DNA from: an uncultured Mycobacteriales bacterium
GTDB taxonomy: Bacteria; Actinomycetota; Actinomycetes; Mycobacteriales; CADCTP01
NCBI GenBank assembly: GCA_902805565.1
Contig: CADCTP010000212.1
Location: 1-63,554, forward strand
Direction: 5' to 3'
Length of the DNA: 63,554 nt
A program made the position numbers and the translations under genes. The stretch's first letter is position 1, and each line of letters begins with the position of its first letter. This document shows, in pieces, positions 1-13,800 of the stretch. The notes below the pieces were generated by a model. It saw nothing but the letters and a program-made list of their open reading frames with translations, was not told where the DNA came from and ran no database searches.

Positions 1-3000
1 TCGAGGACGTCTACCCGCTCACGCCGATGCAGGCCGGCATGGTCTTCCACGGGCTGTCCCAGGCCGCCGACGGCGTCTACGTCGAGCAGGTCACGTTCGT
101 GCTGGACGGGATCGAGGACACCGGCGCCCTGGCCGCCGCCTGGCAGCATGTGCTGGACCGGACGCCGGTGCTGCGCAGCAGCGTCGTCTGGGCCGACGTG
201 CCGCGACCGCTGCAGGTCGTGCACCGCGACGTCACCCTGCCCGTCGCCCTGCTCGACTGGACCGGCGCCGACCCGGCCGCGGAGCTGGACCGGCTGCTCG
301 CCGAGGACCGCGCCGCCGGCCTGGACCTCGGCGCCCCGCCGCTGCTGCGGGTGGCGCTGGCCCGGCTGCCCGACGGCGCGGTCCGGGTGGTGTGGACCTT
401 CCACCACGTCCTGCTCGACGGCTGGAGCGTCTTCCAGCTGCTCACCGACGTCTTCGCCGCGTACGCCGCGCTCAGCCGCGGCCGGCGGCCCGAGCTGCCC
501 ACCCGCCGGCCCTTCGCCGACCACCTGCGCTGGCTGGCCGAGCGGGATCCCGCCGAGGCCGAGCGGCACTGGCGGTCCGTGCTGGCCGGCTTCGCCGAGC
601 CGACCGCCCTGCCGTACGACCGGCGGCCGGCGCCGGAGCAGGCGACCCGGTCGGCGCAGTGGCTGTCGATCGACCTGACCGAGGCCGAGTCCGGGCGGCT
701 GGACGAGTTCGCCCGGCGGCACGGGCTGACGCCCAACGCGATCGTGCAGGGCGCCTGGGCGCTGCTGCTGTCCCGGCACAGCGGCCAGCGGGACGTCGTG
801 TTCGGCGCCACCGTGTCCGGGCGGCCGGCGGAGCTGACCGGCGCCGACGGGATCGCCGGCATCTTCATCAACACCCTGCCGGTGCGGGTCGCGATCGACG
901 GCGACGCCACCGTGGCCGAGTGGCTGGGGCGGCTGCAGGCCGCGCAGGCCGAGGCCCGCCGGTTCGACTCCGTCCCGCTGTCCGAGCTGCGGACCTGGAC
1001 CGACCTGGCCCCCGGCGTCGGGCTCTTCGACAGCATCGTGGTGTTCGAGAACTACCCCGTCGACGACTCGGCCGCCGCCGGGCACGGCCTCCGGCTGCGG
1101 GACGTGGGCGCCCGGGAGACCACCAACTACCCGCTGACCGTGGTCGCGTCCCCCGGGGCCCGGCTGTCCCTGGAGCTGGGCCACGACCCGGCCCTGTTCG
1201 ACGAGCCCACGGTGCGCCGGCTGGCCGAGCGGCTGCGGGCGGTGCTGGCCGGCTTCGCCGCCGACGGGGACCGGCCGCTGTCGCGGGTGCCGGTGCTGCC
1301 GGCGGACGAGCGGCGCCGGGTGCTCGTCGAGTGGAACGACACGGCGGCGCCGGTGCCGCCGGCGACCCTGGCCGAGCTGGTCCGGGCCCGGGCCGAGCTG
1401 GCGCCCGACCTGCCGGCGGTGGTGGCCGGGGACGTCGAGCTGTCGTACCGGGAGCTGGTGGCGCGGGCGGCGCGGCTGGCCCGGCACCTGATCGGGCTGG
1501 GCGCGGGGCCGGAGCGGGTGGTGGCGCTGCTGCTGCCGCGCTCGGCGGAGATCGTGGTGGCGCAGCTCGCGGCCGGGATGGCCGGCGCGGCGTACCTGCC
1601 GGTGGACCCGGGGTACCCGGCGGAGCGGATCGCGTTCCTGCTGGCCGACGCGGACCCGGTGGTCGTGCTGACCACCGCCGCCGGGGCCGCCGGGCTGCCG
1701 CCGACGGCCGCGCCGGTGGTGGCGCTGGACGACCCGGCGACGCTCGCGGCGGTGGCCCGGGCCTCGGGCGCCCCGGTGACCGACGCCGACCGGCTGGCCC
1801 CGGTGGCGCCGGAGCACCCGGCGTACGTGATCCACACCTCCGGCTCCACCGGGCGGCCCAAGGGCGTCGTCGTCACGCACGCCGGGCTGGCCAGCTTCGC
1901 CGCCGCCGAGGCGGACCGGTACGCGGTGTCGCCCGGCGACCGGGTCCTGCAGTTCTCCTCGCCCGGCTTCGACGCCTCGGTGCTGGAGCTGTGCATGGCC
2001 CTGCCGAACGGCGCGGCGCTGGTGGTGCCGCCGCCCGGCCCGCTGCTCGGCGAGCAGCTGGCGGCCGTGCTGACCGACCACCGGGTGACGCACGCGCTGA
2101 TCCCGCCGGCGGCGCTGGCCACCGTGCCGCCGGACGCCGGGCTGCCCGGGCTGCGGACGCTGGTCGTCGGCGCGGAGGCGTGCCCGGCCGAGCTGGTGGA
2201 CCGCTGGGCCCCGGGCCGCCGGCTGATCAACTCCTACGGCCCGACCGAGGCCACCGTGGTCGCCACCTGGACCGGTCCGCTGGCCGCCGGGCGGGGGACC
2301 CCGCCGATCGGCCGGCCGATCCCCAACACCCGGACGTACGTGCTGGACCGGGACCTGACGCCGGTGCCGGTGGGGGTGCCCGGCGAGCTGTACGTGGCCG
2401 GCGGCGGGCTGGCCCGCGGCTACCTCGACCGGCCGGGGCTGACCGCGGAGCGGTTCGTGGCCGACCCGTTCGGCGGCCCGGGGCAGCGGATGTACCGCAC
2501 CGGGGACCGGGTCCGCTGGACCGGCGACGGGGAGCTGGAGTTCCTCGGCCGCGCCGACGACCAGGTCAAGATCCGCGGCTTCCGGGTCGAGCCCGGGGAG
2601 GTCGCGGCGGTCCTGCTGCGGCACCCCGACGTGGCCGAGGCGGCCGTGGTCGCCCGGGACGACACCGGCACCCCGCAGCTGGTCGGCTACGCCGTCCCGC
2701 GGCCCGGCGCGGTCCTGGACCCCGCCGACCTGCGCCGGCACCTGGACGCGGTCCTGCCCCGGCACATGGTGCCGGCCGCGCTCGTCCCGCTCGACCGGCT
2801 CCCGCTGACCCCGCACGGCAAGCTGGACCGCCGCGCCCTGCCCGCCCCGGACCGCGCCGCCGTCCCCGGCGTCGGCCACGTCCCGCCCGGCACCGAGACC
2901 GAGCAGGTCGTGGCGGAGATCTGGGCCGAGGTGCTGGAGCTGGCCGCCGTCGGCGTCGAGGACGACTTCTTCGCCCTGGGCGGCGACTCGATCCGCAGCC

Positions 3001-3164
3001 TCCTGGTCTCGTCCCGGGTCGGCGCGGCGTTCGACATCTCCCTGTCCCCGCGCGACGTGCTCGTCGCGCACACCGTCTCCGCGCTGGCCGAACTGGTCGA
3101 GGACAAGATCCTGGGCGAATTGGAACGTCTCGCCCTGGATGACGGCACCGACCAGGAACTCTGA
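1..3164 (+). CDS. NRPS subunit, 5' end cut by the window edge. The visible part is one module: DCL-type condensation, adenylation, thiolation, plus an acidic C-terminal tail of about 25 aa.
   Basis: The frame is open from nt 3 and begins [16 protein letters not shown], the linker/start of a C domain that normally follows an E domain. Motifs seen: HHVLLDGWS (about nt 401); A-core motifs [58 protein letters not shown]; carrier motif LGGDSI (Ser codon 2988-2990). Stop TGA at 3162-3164. Confidence 0.95.
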   Translation, partial: EDVYPLTPMQAGMVFHGLSQAADGVYVEQVTFVLDGIEDTGALAAAWQHVLDRTPVLRSSVVWADVPRPLQVVHRDVTLPVALLDWTGADPAAELDRLLAEDRAAGLDLGAPPLLRVALARLPDGAVRVVWTFHHVLLDGWSVFQLLTDVFAAYAALSRGRRPELPTRRPFADHLRWLAERDPAEAERHWRSVLAGFAEPTALPYDRRPAPEQATRSAQWLSIDLTEAESGRLDEFARRHGLTPNAIVQGAWALLLSRHSGQRDVVFGATVSGRPAELTGADGIAGIFINTLPVRVAIDGDATVAEWLGRLQAAQAEARRFDSVPLSELRTWTDLAPGVGLFDSIVVFENYPVDDSAAAGHGLRLRDVGARETTNYPLTVVASPGARLSLELGHDPALFDEPTVRRLAERLRAVLAGFAADGDRPLSRVPVLPADERRRVLVEWNDTAAPVPPATLAELVRARAELAPDLPAVVAGDVELSYRELVARAARLARHLIGLGAGPERVVALLLPRSAEIVVAQLAAGMAGAAYLPVDPGYPAERIAFLLADADPVVVLTTAAGAAGLPPTAAPVVALDDPATLAAVARASGAPVTDADRLAPVAPEHPAYVIHTSGSTGRPKGVVVTHAGLASFAAAEADRYAVSPGDRVLQFSSPGFDASVLELCMALPNGAALVVPPPGPLLGEQLAAVLTDHRVTHALIPPAALATVPPDAGLPGLRTLVVGAEACPAELVDRWAPGRRLINSYGPTEATVVATWTGPLAAGRGTPPIGRPIPNTRTYVLDRDLTPVPVGVPGELYVAGGGLARGYLDRPGLTAERFVADPFGGPGQRMYRTGDRVRWTGDGELEFLGRADDQVKIRGFRVEPGEVAAVLLRHPDVAEAAVVARDDTGTPQLVGYAVPRPGAVLDPADLRRHLDAVLPRHMVPAALVPLDRLPLTPHGKLDRRALPAPDRAAVPGVGHVPPGTETEQVVAEIWAEVLELAAVGVEDDFFALGGDSIRSLLVSSRVGAAFDISLSPRDVLVAHTVSALAELVEDKILGELERLALDDGTDQEL

Positions 3165-3174
3165 AGGGAAGACG

Positions 3175-6100
3175 ATGTCGTCATCGCGAGAGAGCCGGAT
3201 CGCGGGCCTGCCGGCGGAGCTGCGTGAGCAGCTGCGGCGCCGGCTCGCCGGTCGGACCGCCGCCGCCGCCATCCCGCGGGCGGACCGCACCGGCCCGCTG
3301 CCGCTGTCGTTCCCGCAGCAGCGGCTGTGGTTCCTGGACCAGTTCCAGCCGGGCGGGGCCGAGTACAACAGCGCCGTCGCGCTGCGGCTGCTGGGCCCGC
3401 TCGACGTCGCGGCCCTGACCGGCGCGCTGCGGGAGCTGCGCGCCCGGCACGAGTCGCTGCGGACCACCGTCGAGGAGGTGGACGGCCACGGGGTGCAGGT
3501 CGTGCACCCGGCCGAGGACACCGGGCTGCCGGTGGTCGACCTCGGCGGCGCCGGCCCGGAGGCGCTGGACCGGCTGCTGGCGGAGGAGTACGCCCGGCCG
3601 TTCGACCTCGGCCGCGGACCGCTGTTCCGGGCCACGCTGGTCCGGCTGGCCGACGACGAGCACGTGCTGCTGCTGTGCGCGCACCACATCGTCACCGACG
3701 GCTGGTCGATGGGGGTGCTGGTCGAGGAGCTGGGCCTGCTCCACGACGCCGCCGCGCGGGGGACCGACGCGGCGCTGCCGCCGCTGCCCCTGCAGTACGC
3801 CGACTTCGCGGTCTGGCAGCGTCGGCGGCTCTCCGGGCCGGTCCTGGACGAGCAGCTCGCGTACTGGACCGAGCGGCTGGCCGGGGTGGCCCCGCTCGAC
3901 CTGCCCACCGACCGCCCCCGCCCGGCCGTACGGACCTCGGCCGGCGCGGTGCACCAGTTCCCGATCCCGGCCGAGGTCGCGGCCGGGCTGCGGGCGCTCG
4001 CCCGGGCGCACGGGACCACCCTGTTCACCGCGCTCCTCGCCGCCAGCAAGGTGCTGCTGGCCCGGTACGCCGGCCAGGACGACGTGGCCGTCGGCACCGT
4101 CACCTCCGGCCGGGACCGGCCCGAGCTGGACCGGCTGGTCGGCTTCTTCGTCCGGACCGTGGTGCTGCGCTCCACGGTCGACCAGCGGCAGACCTTCGGG
4201 GAGTTCCTCGCGGCCGTGCGGGACACGTCCCTGGACGCCTTCGCGCACGACGAGGTGCCGCTCGAGCGGCTCGTCGACGCGCTGCGGCTGGAGCGCGACC
4301 CCGGCCGGCAGCCGCTGTTCGACGTGATGGTGCTGATGGGGGGTGCGCAGCGGACCGGCCGCGCCTTCTCCGGCCTGCGGGTCGAGGACGTCCCGGTCCG
4401 CCGGCACGCGGCCGACTTCGACCTGACCCTGGACTTCCAGGAGACCGGCGAGGAGCTGTCCGGCGCGCTGGAGTACAGCACCGACCTGTTCGACGCGGCG
4501 ACGGTCGAGCGGATGGCCGGGCACCTGCTGGTGCTGCTGCGCGGCATCACCGCCGGGCCGGACCGGCCGCTGGCGGAGCTCCCGCTGCTCGACGCGGCGG
4601 AGCGCCAGCAGCTGCTGGTGGACTGGAACGACACCGGCCTGGAGGTCCCGGACGCGACGTTCGGCGAGCTGTTCGAGGCGCAGGCGCGGCGGACCCCGGA
4701 GGCGGGCGCGCTGGTCTTCCAGGACACGGTGCTGACCTACGCCGAGCTGAACGCCCGCGCGAACCGGCTGGCCCGCCGCCTGGTCGAGCTCGGCGCCGGG
4801 CCGGAGCGGGTGGTCGCGCTGGCCCTGCCGCGGACGGCCGAGATGGTGGTGGCCATCCTGGCGACGGTCAAGGCCGGCGCCGCGTACCTGCCGGTGGACC
4901 CCGGCCACCCGGCCGAGCGGATCGGGTTCCTGCTCCGGGACACCGCCCCGGCGGTGGTGGTCACCGGCGCCGGTTCCCCGCCGGTCCCGGCACCGGCCGG
5001 CGCGGCCGTGCTGCCCCTGGACGACCCCGCGGTGGCGGCGGCGGTCCGGGACCTGCCGGCCGGGGACCTGACCGACGCCGACCGGCTCGCCCCGCTGACC
5101 TCCGCCAACCCGGCGTACCTCATCTACACCTCCGGCTCCACCGGCCGGCCCAAGGGCGTGGTGGTCTCCCACCGCAACCTGGTGAACCTCGTCCACGACC
5201 ACCGGCAGGAGTCGGCCCCGGCCGGCGGGCAGGGCCTGCGGATGGCGTTGACGGCCGCGTTCTCCTTCGACTCCTCCCTGCTCGGGATGGTGTTCCTGGC
5301 CGGCGGCCACGAGGTGCACGTCCTCGACGACGCCGTCCGCACCGACCCGGAGGCGTTGCTCGACTACGTCGCCGACCGCCGCATCGACGTGGTCAACGTG
5401 GTGCCGTCCTACGTCCGGCAGCTCCTGCTGGCCGGGCTGCTGGCCGAGGGGCGGCACCGGCCGCGCCGGCTGCTGCTGGGCGGCGAGGCCATCGGGGAGA
5501 CGCTGCACGCGGAGCTGACCGCCGCCGCGGACGTGGCGGTCTTCAACCTCTACGGCCCGACGGAGTGCACGGTCGACTCGGTCTGGCACCGCCTGCGGGC
5601 GGGCGAGCGGCCGCTCATCGGGCGGCCGGGGCGCAACCTGCGGGCGTACGTGCTCGACGCCCGGCTGCGGCCGGTGCCGGTGGGGGTCCTCGGTGAGCTC
5701 TACCTCGCCGGTGAGCAGGTCGCCCGGGGCTACCTGAACCGCCCGGGGCTGACCGCGGACCGGTTCGTGGCCGACCCGTTCGGCCCGCCCGGGACCCGGC
5801 TGTACCGGACCGGGGACCTGGTGCGCCGGACCGCCGACGGCCGGCTGGAGTTCTCCGGCCGGGCCGACGACCAGGTGAAGATCCGCGGCTTCCGGGTGGA
5901 GCCGGGCGAGATCGAGGCGGCGCTGACCGCCCAGCCGGGGGTCGCCGGGGCGGCCGTGGTGGCCCGGGCGGACGGCGGCCACGCGCGCCTGGTCGCGTAC
6001 GTGGTGCCGGCGGCCGGAGCCGCGCCGGCCGGCCCGGAGTTGCGGGAGGCGCTGCGCCGCACGCTGCCCGACCACATGCTGCCCTCGGCCTTCGTGACGC

Positions 6101-7848
6101 TGGAGACGCTGCCCCGCACCCCGAGCGGCAAGGTCGACCGGCGGGCGCTGCCCGCCCCGGACGCCGCCCCGGAGCCGGGGTCCGCCTACGTCGCCCCGCG
6201 CACGCCCGTCGAGCGCGACCTGGCCGCGGTCTGGGCCGAGGTGCTCGGCGTGCAGCGGGTCGGCGTCGAGGACAACTTCTTCTCCCTCGGCGGCGACTCG
6301 ATCCTCAGCATCCAGGTGGTGTCCCGGGCCCGGAAGGCCGGCTACCGGCTGACCTCGAAGGACATCTTCCTGCACCAGACGGTCGGCCAACTCGGCACCG
6401 CCGTACGGACCGGGACGGGCCCGGTGGCGGCCCACCGGGAACCGGCCGGCCCGGCCCCGCTGAGCCCCATCCAGCGCTGGTTCCTGGCCACCCACGGCCC
6501 GCAGCCGCACTTCACCATGTCCACCCTGGTGGAGCTGGCGCCGGACATCGACCCGGACGTCCTGGCCACGGCCCTGGACGCGGTGGTCGCCCACCACGAC
6601 GCGCTGCGCCTGCGGCTGTCGGAGGTGGCCGGCGAGTGGCGGCAGCAGGTGGCGGCGGAGCCGCCGACCGGGCTGCTGCGCCGGCACGACCTGTCCGCGG
6701 TCGCCGAGGCCGACCGCCCGGCCGCCATCGAGGCCGCCGCCGCGGCGGCGCGCTCCGGGCTCGACCTGCGCGCCGGCGCGCTGCTGGCCGCGGCGCTGTT
6801 CGGGCTCGGCGCCGGCCGGGGCGCGCGGCTGCTGGTCATCGCCCACCACGCCGTCGTCGACGGGGTCTCCTGGCGGATCCTGCTGGAGGACCTGGAGACC
6901 GCGTACCGGCAGGCCGCCGCCGGCGGGCCGGTGCGGCTGGACCCGGTCGGCACGCCGTTCGTCGGGTGGGCGCGGGCGCTGACCGAGCACGTCCGCTCCG
7001 GCGCCTTCGACGCCGACCTGCCGTACTGGCAGCAGGCGTCCGACCCGGCCGCGGCCGTCCTGCCGGTCGACCGGGACGGCGTCCCCACCGGCGGCTCCAC
7101 CCGGACGGTGACCGTCCGGCTCGGCCGGGCCGAGACCGACGCGCTGCTGCACCGGGTCCCGGACGCGTACCAGACCCAGGTCAACGACGTGCTGCTCAGC
7201 GCGCTGGGCCGGACGCTGGCCGAGTGGACCGGGCGCCGGCGGGTGCTGGTCGCGCTGGAGGGCCACGGCCGGGAGGAGATCCTCGACGGGGTCGACCTGT
7301 CCCGCACGGTCGGCTGGTTCACCAGCCAGTTCCCGGTCGGCCTCGACCTGCCGGACGGCGGCTGGGGGACCACGCTCAAGGCGGTCAAGGAGCAGCTGCG
7401 GGCGGTGCCGCACCGCGGGCTCAGCTACGAGGCCCTGCGCTACCTCGGCGCGCCGGGCTCGCCGGCCGCGGCGCTGGCCGGCGACCCGCGGCCCGGGGTG
7501 TCCTTCAACTACCACGGGCAGTGGGACGCGGCCGCGGCCGCGGACGGCATGTACCGGGCCCGGCTGGACGGCGCCGGCCCGGAGGTGGCGCCGGACCAGC
7601 CGGCCAGCTACCTGCTCGACGTCGCCGGCGTGGTGCACGGCGGCGAGCTGGAGCTGACCTGGTTCTACCGCGACCAGGTGCACGACGAGGCCACGGTGCG
7701 GCGGCTGGCCGAGCGGATGGTCCGGGCGCTGGCCGAGATCGTCGAGCACTGCGCGCGGCCCGGCGCCGGTGGCCGGACGCCCTCGGACTTCCCGCTGGCG
7801 AAGCTGGACCAGGCCGGCGTCGACCGGCTGGTCGGCACCGGCCGCGAG
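3175..7848 (+). other. NRPS module 1: C(LCL)-A-T-E (approximate borders)
   Basis: [14 protein letters not shown] and HHIVTDGWS (LCL type). A motifs include AFSFDSS and [12 protein letters not shown] motif [10 protein letters not shown] motifs [35 protein letters not shown]. Confidence 0.85.
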
Positions 7849-10800
7849 GTGGAGGACGTCTACCCGCTGACCCCGCTGCAGGCCGGCATGCTGTTCCACA
7901 GCCTGGTCGACGAGGGCTCCGGGGTCTACGTCAACCAGATCCGGATGGTCCTGGACGGGGTGGGCGACCCCCGGGCGCTGGGCGAGGCATGGCAGCGGAC
8001 CGTGGACCGGACGCCGGCCCTGCGCACCTCGGTGGTCTGGCAGGGCGTCGCCGAGCCGCTGCAGGTCGTGCACCGCCGCGCCACCGTGCCGGTCACCCAC
8101 CACGACTGGCGCGAGCTGGCCGAGCCCGAGCGGGAGCGGGAGCTGGCCCGGCTGCTGGCCGCCGACCGCGCGGCCGGGCTGGATCTCGGCACCGCGCCGC
8201 TGCTGCGGCTGGCGGTGCTGCGGCTGACCGGCGACCGGGTGCTCGTGGTCTGGACCTCGCACCACCTGGTGCAGGACGGCTGGAGCCTGGCGCAGCTGTT
8301 CGTCGAGATCGGCGAGCACTACGCCGCGATCGTCGGCGGCCGGCCCCCGCGGCTGTCCCCGCGCCGGCCGTTCCGCGACTACCTGCAGTGGCTGGCCGAG
8401 CAGGACGACCGGGACGCCGAGGCGTACTGGCGGAAGGTGCTCGCCGGTCTCGGCGCGCCCACCCCGCTGCCGTACGACCGGCCGCCGCGCCAGGCGCACC
8501 GCAGCGAGTCCTCCGAGACCCTCCGGGCCGGGCTCACCGCCGAGGAGTCCGCCCGGCTGCACCGGGTGGCCCGCGGCAACGGGCTGACCCTGAACACCGT
8601 CGTGCAGGGCGCCTGGGCGCTGTTGCTGTCCCGCTACAGCGGCGAGTCCGACGTCGTGTTCGGCACCACGGTCTCCGGCCGGCCGGCGGAGCTGCCCGGC
8701 GTCGAGTCGATGATCGGCATGTTCATCAACACGGTGCCGACCCGGGTGCGGGTGGACCGCGGCGAGGACCTGCTGCCGTGGCTGCGCCGGCTGCAGGCCG
8801 AGCAGAGCGACGCGCGCCGGTACGACTTCGTCTCGCTGGCCCAGCTGCAGGGCTGGACCGACCTGCCGGGCGGCCGGGCGCTGGCCGACAGCATGCTGGT
8901 GTTCGAGAACTATCCGTTCGACGAGGAGGCCGCGGCGGCCACCGGCCTGCGGATCGCGGAGGTCGCGGGGGAGGACCCGACGAACTTCCCGCTCAGCGTC
9001 CGGGCCTTCCTGGCCGACCGGCTGACCTTCGACATCGGGCACGACCCGCGGCTGTTCGACCCGGGCACCGTACGGGCGCTGGCCGACCGGCTCTGCCTGC
9101 TGCTGCGGGAGATCGCCGCCGACCCGCAGCGGCCGCTGTCCCGGCTGCCGTGGCTGTCGGCCGCCGAACGCCGGCAGGTGCTGCCGGAGTGGGCCGGGCC
9201 GGGGCCGGAGCCGACCGCGACCCTGCCCGGGCTGTTCGCCGCCCGGGCCGCCGCCGACCCGGACGCGGTGGCGCTGACCGACGGCGCGGACCGGTGGACG
9301 TACGCGGCCCTGAACGCCCGGGCCAACCGGCTGGCGCACCGGCTGATCGAGGCCGGCGCCGGTCCGGAGCGGTACGTCGCGCTGGCGCTGCCCCGCTCCG
9401 CCGACCAGGTGGTGGCGGTGCTGGCCGTGCTCAAGTCCGGCGCGGCGTACCTGCCGCTGGACCCGGCCCACCCGGCCGAGCGGATCGCCCACGTGCTGGC
9501 GGACGCGGCGCCGGTGCTGGTGCTGTCCACCACCGACCTGCGCACGCGGCTGTCCGGCGTGGCCGGCGACCGGCCGTGGTGGGCGCTGGACGACCCGGAG
9601 CTCGCCGCGGACCTGGCCGGGCGGCGGGACGACGACCCGGCCGACGCGGACCGCACGGCCCCGCTGACCCCGGCCAGCCCGGCGTACACGATCTACACCT
9701 CGGGCTCGACCGGCCGGCCGAAGGGCGTGGTCGTCACGCACGCGAACGTGGTGCGGCTGTTCACCGCGACCCGGGAGCAGTTCGGCTTCGGCCCGGACGA
9801 CGTGTGGACGCTGTTCCACTCGTACGCCTTCGACTTCTCGGTCTGGGAGATCTGGGGCCCGCTGCTGCACGGCGGGCGGCTGGTCGTGGTGCCGCACGCG
9901 GTGTCCCGCTCGCCGCGGGAGTTCCTCCGGCTGCTGGTCGAGGAGCGGGTGACGGTGCTCAACCAGACCCCGTCCGCCTTCCACCAGCTGGTGCGGGCCG
10001 ACGTCGAGGCGCCCGAGCTCGGCGACGGGCTGGCCCTGCGGTACGTCGTCTTCGGCGGCGAGGCGCTGGACCTGTGGCGGCTGGAGGAGTGGTACGCCTG
10101 GCACCCCGACACCGCGCCGGTGCTGGTCAACATGTACGGGATCACCGAGACCACCGTGCACGTCACCCAGGTCGCGCTGGACCGGGCCGGCGCCGCCGCG
10201 GCGACCGGCAGCGCCATCGGCGTCGCGCTGCCCGACCTGCGGGTCTACGTGCTGGACGCCGACCTGCGGCCGGTCCCGCCCGGGGTGGCCGGCGAGATGT
10301 ACGTGGCCGGCGCCGGGCTCGCCCGCGGCTACCTCAACCGCCCCGGGCTCACGGCGGAGCGGTTCGTCGCCGACCCGTTCGGCACGCCGGGGACCCGGAT
10401 GTACCGCACCGGTGACCTCGCCCGGTGGACCGCGCCGGCCGGCCGGCCGGACATGGAGCTGGAGTACCTCGGCCGGGCCGACTCCCAGGTCAAGATCCGC
10501 GGGTTCCGCATCGAGCTCGGCGAGATCGAGGCGGTGCTGGCGGCCCGCCCGGAGCTGGCCCAGGTCGCCGTGCTCGACCGGGAGGACCAGCCCGGGGTGC
10601 GGCGGCTGGTCGCCTACCTGGTGCCGGCGCCCGGCCGGCAGCTGCCGCCGGGGGACGAGCTGCGGGCGCTGGCCGCCCGGTCGCTGCCGGACTACATGGT
10701 GCCCTCGGCGTTCGTGCCGCTGGACCGGCTCCCGCTGAACGCGAACGGCAAGCTGGACCGCCGGGCGCTGCCCGCCCCGGAGACAGGCGTCGGCGACGGT

Positions 10801-13800
10801 GCCGGGCACGTCCCGGTCCGCACCGAGGCCGAGCGGCTGGTCGCCCAGGTCTGGTCGGAGGTGCTCGGCGTCGAGCGGGTCGGCGCGGAGGACGACTTCT
10901 TCGCCCTCGGCGGCGACTCGATCCTCAGCATCCGGGTCGCGTCCCGGCTCCGGACGGCGCTCGGCGTGGACGTCTCGCCGCTCGCCGTGTTCTCCGAGCC
11001 CACCGTGGCCGGGCTGGCCGCCGCGCTGTCCGCGGCGGCGGAGCCGGCCGGGGACGCCCCCGTCCTGCGCCCCGTCCCCCGGGACGGCGCGCTGCCGGCG
11101 TCCTTCGCCCAGCAGCGGCTGTGGTTCCTCGACCAGTTCGAGCCGGGCAGCACCGAGTACGTCGCCCCGTTCGCGCTGCGGCTGCGCGGCGAGCTCGACC
11201 CGGGCGCGCTGGCCGCCGCCCTCACCGCGCTGGTCGCCCGGCACGAGTCGCTGCGGACCACGTTCGAGTCGGCGGACGGCCGGGCGGTGCAGGTCGTGCA
11301 CCCGCCGGCCGAGGTGCCGCTGCCGGTGCTGGACCTCACCGCGGTCCCGGAGCCGGAGCGGCCGGCCGCGCTGGAGCGGGCGCTGGCCGAGGAGGTCGGG
11401 CGGCCGTTCGACCTGCGGACCGGGCCGCTGCTGCGGGCCCGGCTGGTCCGGGCGGCCGCCGACGAGCACGTCCTGGTCCTCACGGCGCACCACATCGTCA
11501 CCGACGGCTGGTCCGTCGGCGTCATCAGCGGCGAGCTGGCCGCCGGCTACGCGGCGGCGCTGGCCGGGGAGCGGGCGGAGCTGCCGGCGCTGCCGGTGCA
11601 GTACGCGGACTTCGCGGTGTGGCAGCGGGAGCTGCTGGCCACGCCGGTGCTCGGTGAGCAGTTGGCGTACTGGCGGGAGCGGCTGGCCGGGCTGGAGCCG
11701 CTGGAGCTGCCGACGGACCGGCCCCGGCCGGCGGTGCAGACCAAGAACGGCGCCCTGCTGCGGACGGTGTTCCCGGCCGGGCTGGTGACCCGGCTGCGGG
11801 AGCTGGGCCGGGACCGGGACGCGACGCTGTTCGTCACCCTGGTCGCGGCCTGCCAGGTGCTGCTGGCCCGGTGGTCCGGGCAGGACGACGTGGCGGTCGG
11901 GACCGTGACCTCCGGCCGGGACCGGCCGGAGCTGGAGCGGCTGGTCGGCATGTTCGTCAACACCCTGGTGCTGCGCTCCACGGTGGACGCCGGGGCGAGC
12001 TTCCGGGACCTGCTGCCCCGGGTGCGGGGGACCGTGCTGGACGCCTTCGCCCACCAGGACGTGCAGTTCGAGAAGGTGGTGGACGAGCTGCAGCCGGCCC
12101 GGGACACCTCCCGCCCGCCGCTGTTCCAGGCCATGGTGGCGCTGCACAACCTGGGCACCACCGTGCCGGACCTGCCCGGCCTGCGGGTCGAGGAGGTGGC
12201 GCTGTCCACGGCGACCGCGAGCTTCGAGCTCAACTTCGACTTCGTCGAGCAGGGCGACGAGCTGGCCGCGCTCGTGCAGTACAACACCGACCTGTTCGAC
12301 CCGGCGACGATCGAGCGGATGGTCGGGCACCTGCGGGTCCTGCTGGAGCAGGTCGCGGCCGAGCCGGACCGGCCGGTCGGCGACATCCCGCTGCTGGGTG
12401 CGGACGAGCGGCGACTGCTGGCGGAGTGGGACGGCCCGGCGCTCGACGTCCCGGCCGCGACCTTCGGCGAGCTGTTCGAGGAGCAGGTGCGGCGCACCCC
12501 GGATGCCGACGCGCTGGTCTTCCAGGACACCGTGCTGACGTACGCCGAGCTGAACGCCCGGGCCAACCGGCTGGCGCGGCACCTGGTCACGCTGGGCGTC
12601 GGGCCGGAGCGGGTGGTCGCCCTCACGCTGCCCCGCTCGGCCGAGATGGTCGTGGCGATCCTGGCCACCACCAAGGCCGGCGGCGCCTACCTGCCGATCG
12701 ACCCGACCATGCCCGCCGACCGGATCGCGTTCCTGCTGGGCGACGCGGTACCGCCGGCGGTGGTCACCCTCGGCGACAGCCGGCAGGTCGACGAGGCCCT
12801 CCCGCCCGGCACGGCCTGCGTACGGCTGGACGACCCCGGCACCCGGGCCGCGCTGGAGTGGTGCTCGGACGCCGACCTCACCGACGCCGACCGGACCGCC
12901 CCGCTGCGGCCCGACAACGCCGTCTACGTGATCTACACCTCCGGCTCGACCGGCCGGCCGAAGGGCGTGCTGATCGAGCACAGCGGCCTGGTCAACCTGC
13001 TCGCCGACCACCGCTCGCTGCTGCCGACCCGGGTCCCGGGCGAGGACCGCACCCGGGTCGCGCTGACCGCGGCGTTCTCCTTCGACACCTCGCTGGAGGG
13101 CCTGCTGTTCCTGCTCGGCGGGCACGAGCTGCACGTGATCGACGAGGACGTGCGGCTGGACCCGGCCGCCCTGGTCGACTACGTGGCCGAGCGCCGGATC
13201 GATCTGCTCGACCTGACCCCGTCCTTCGCCCAGCAGATGGTCCCGGCCGGCCTGCTCACCGACCCCCGGCACCGGCCGCGGATCGTGATGCTCGGCGGCG
13301 AGGGGGTCGGCGAGCGGCTGTGGCGGGAGATGCGGGACGCGCCCGACACCGAGGTGCACAACTACTACGGGCCCACCGAGTTCACCGTGGACGCCGTCTA
13401 CTGCGGACTCGCCGAGCACGACCGGCCGATCATCGGCCACCCCGGCTCGAACGTGCGGGCGTACCTGCTGGACGCGCAGCTGCGGCCGGTGCCGATCGGG
13501 GTCCGCGGGGAGCTCTACCTGGCCGGGGTCCAGCTGGCCCGCGGCTACCTGCACCGCCCGGGGCTGACCGCGGAGCGCTTCGTCGCCGACCCGTTCGGCG
13601 AGCCCGGGTCGCGGATGTACCGCACCGGTGACGTCGCCCGGTGGACCCCGTCCAACGGCCGGCCGCCCCGGTACGCCGGCCGGCCGGCCGGGTTCCGGCC
13701 CCCCACCGGGGTGCTGGAGTACCTCGGCCGGGCCGACGAGCAGGTCAAGATCCGCGGCTTCCGGATCGAGCCGGGCGAGATCGAGGCCGCCCTGCTGGCG

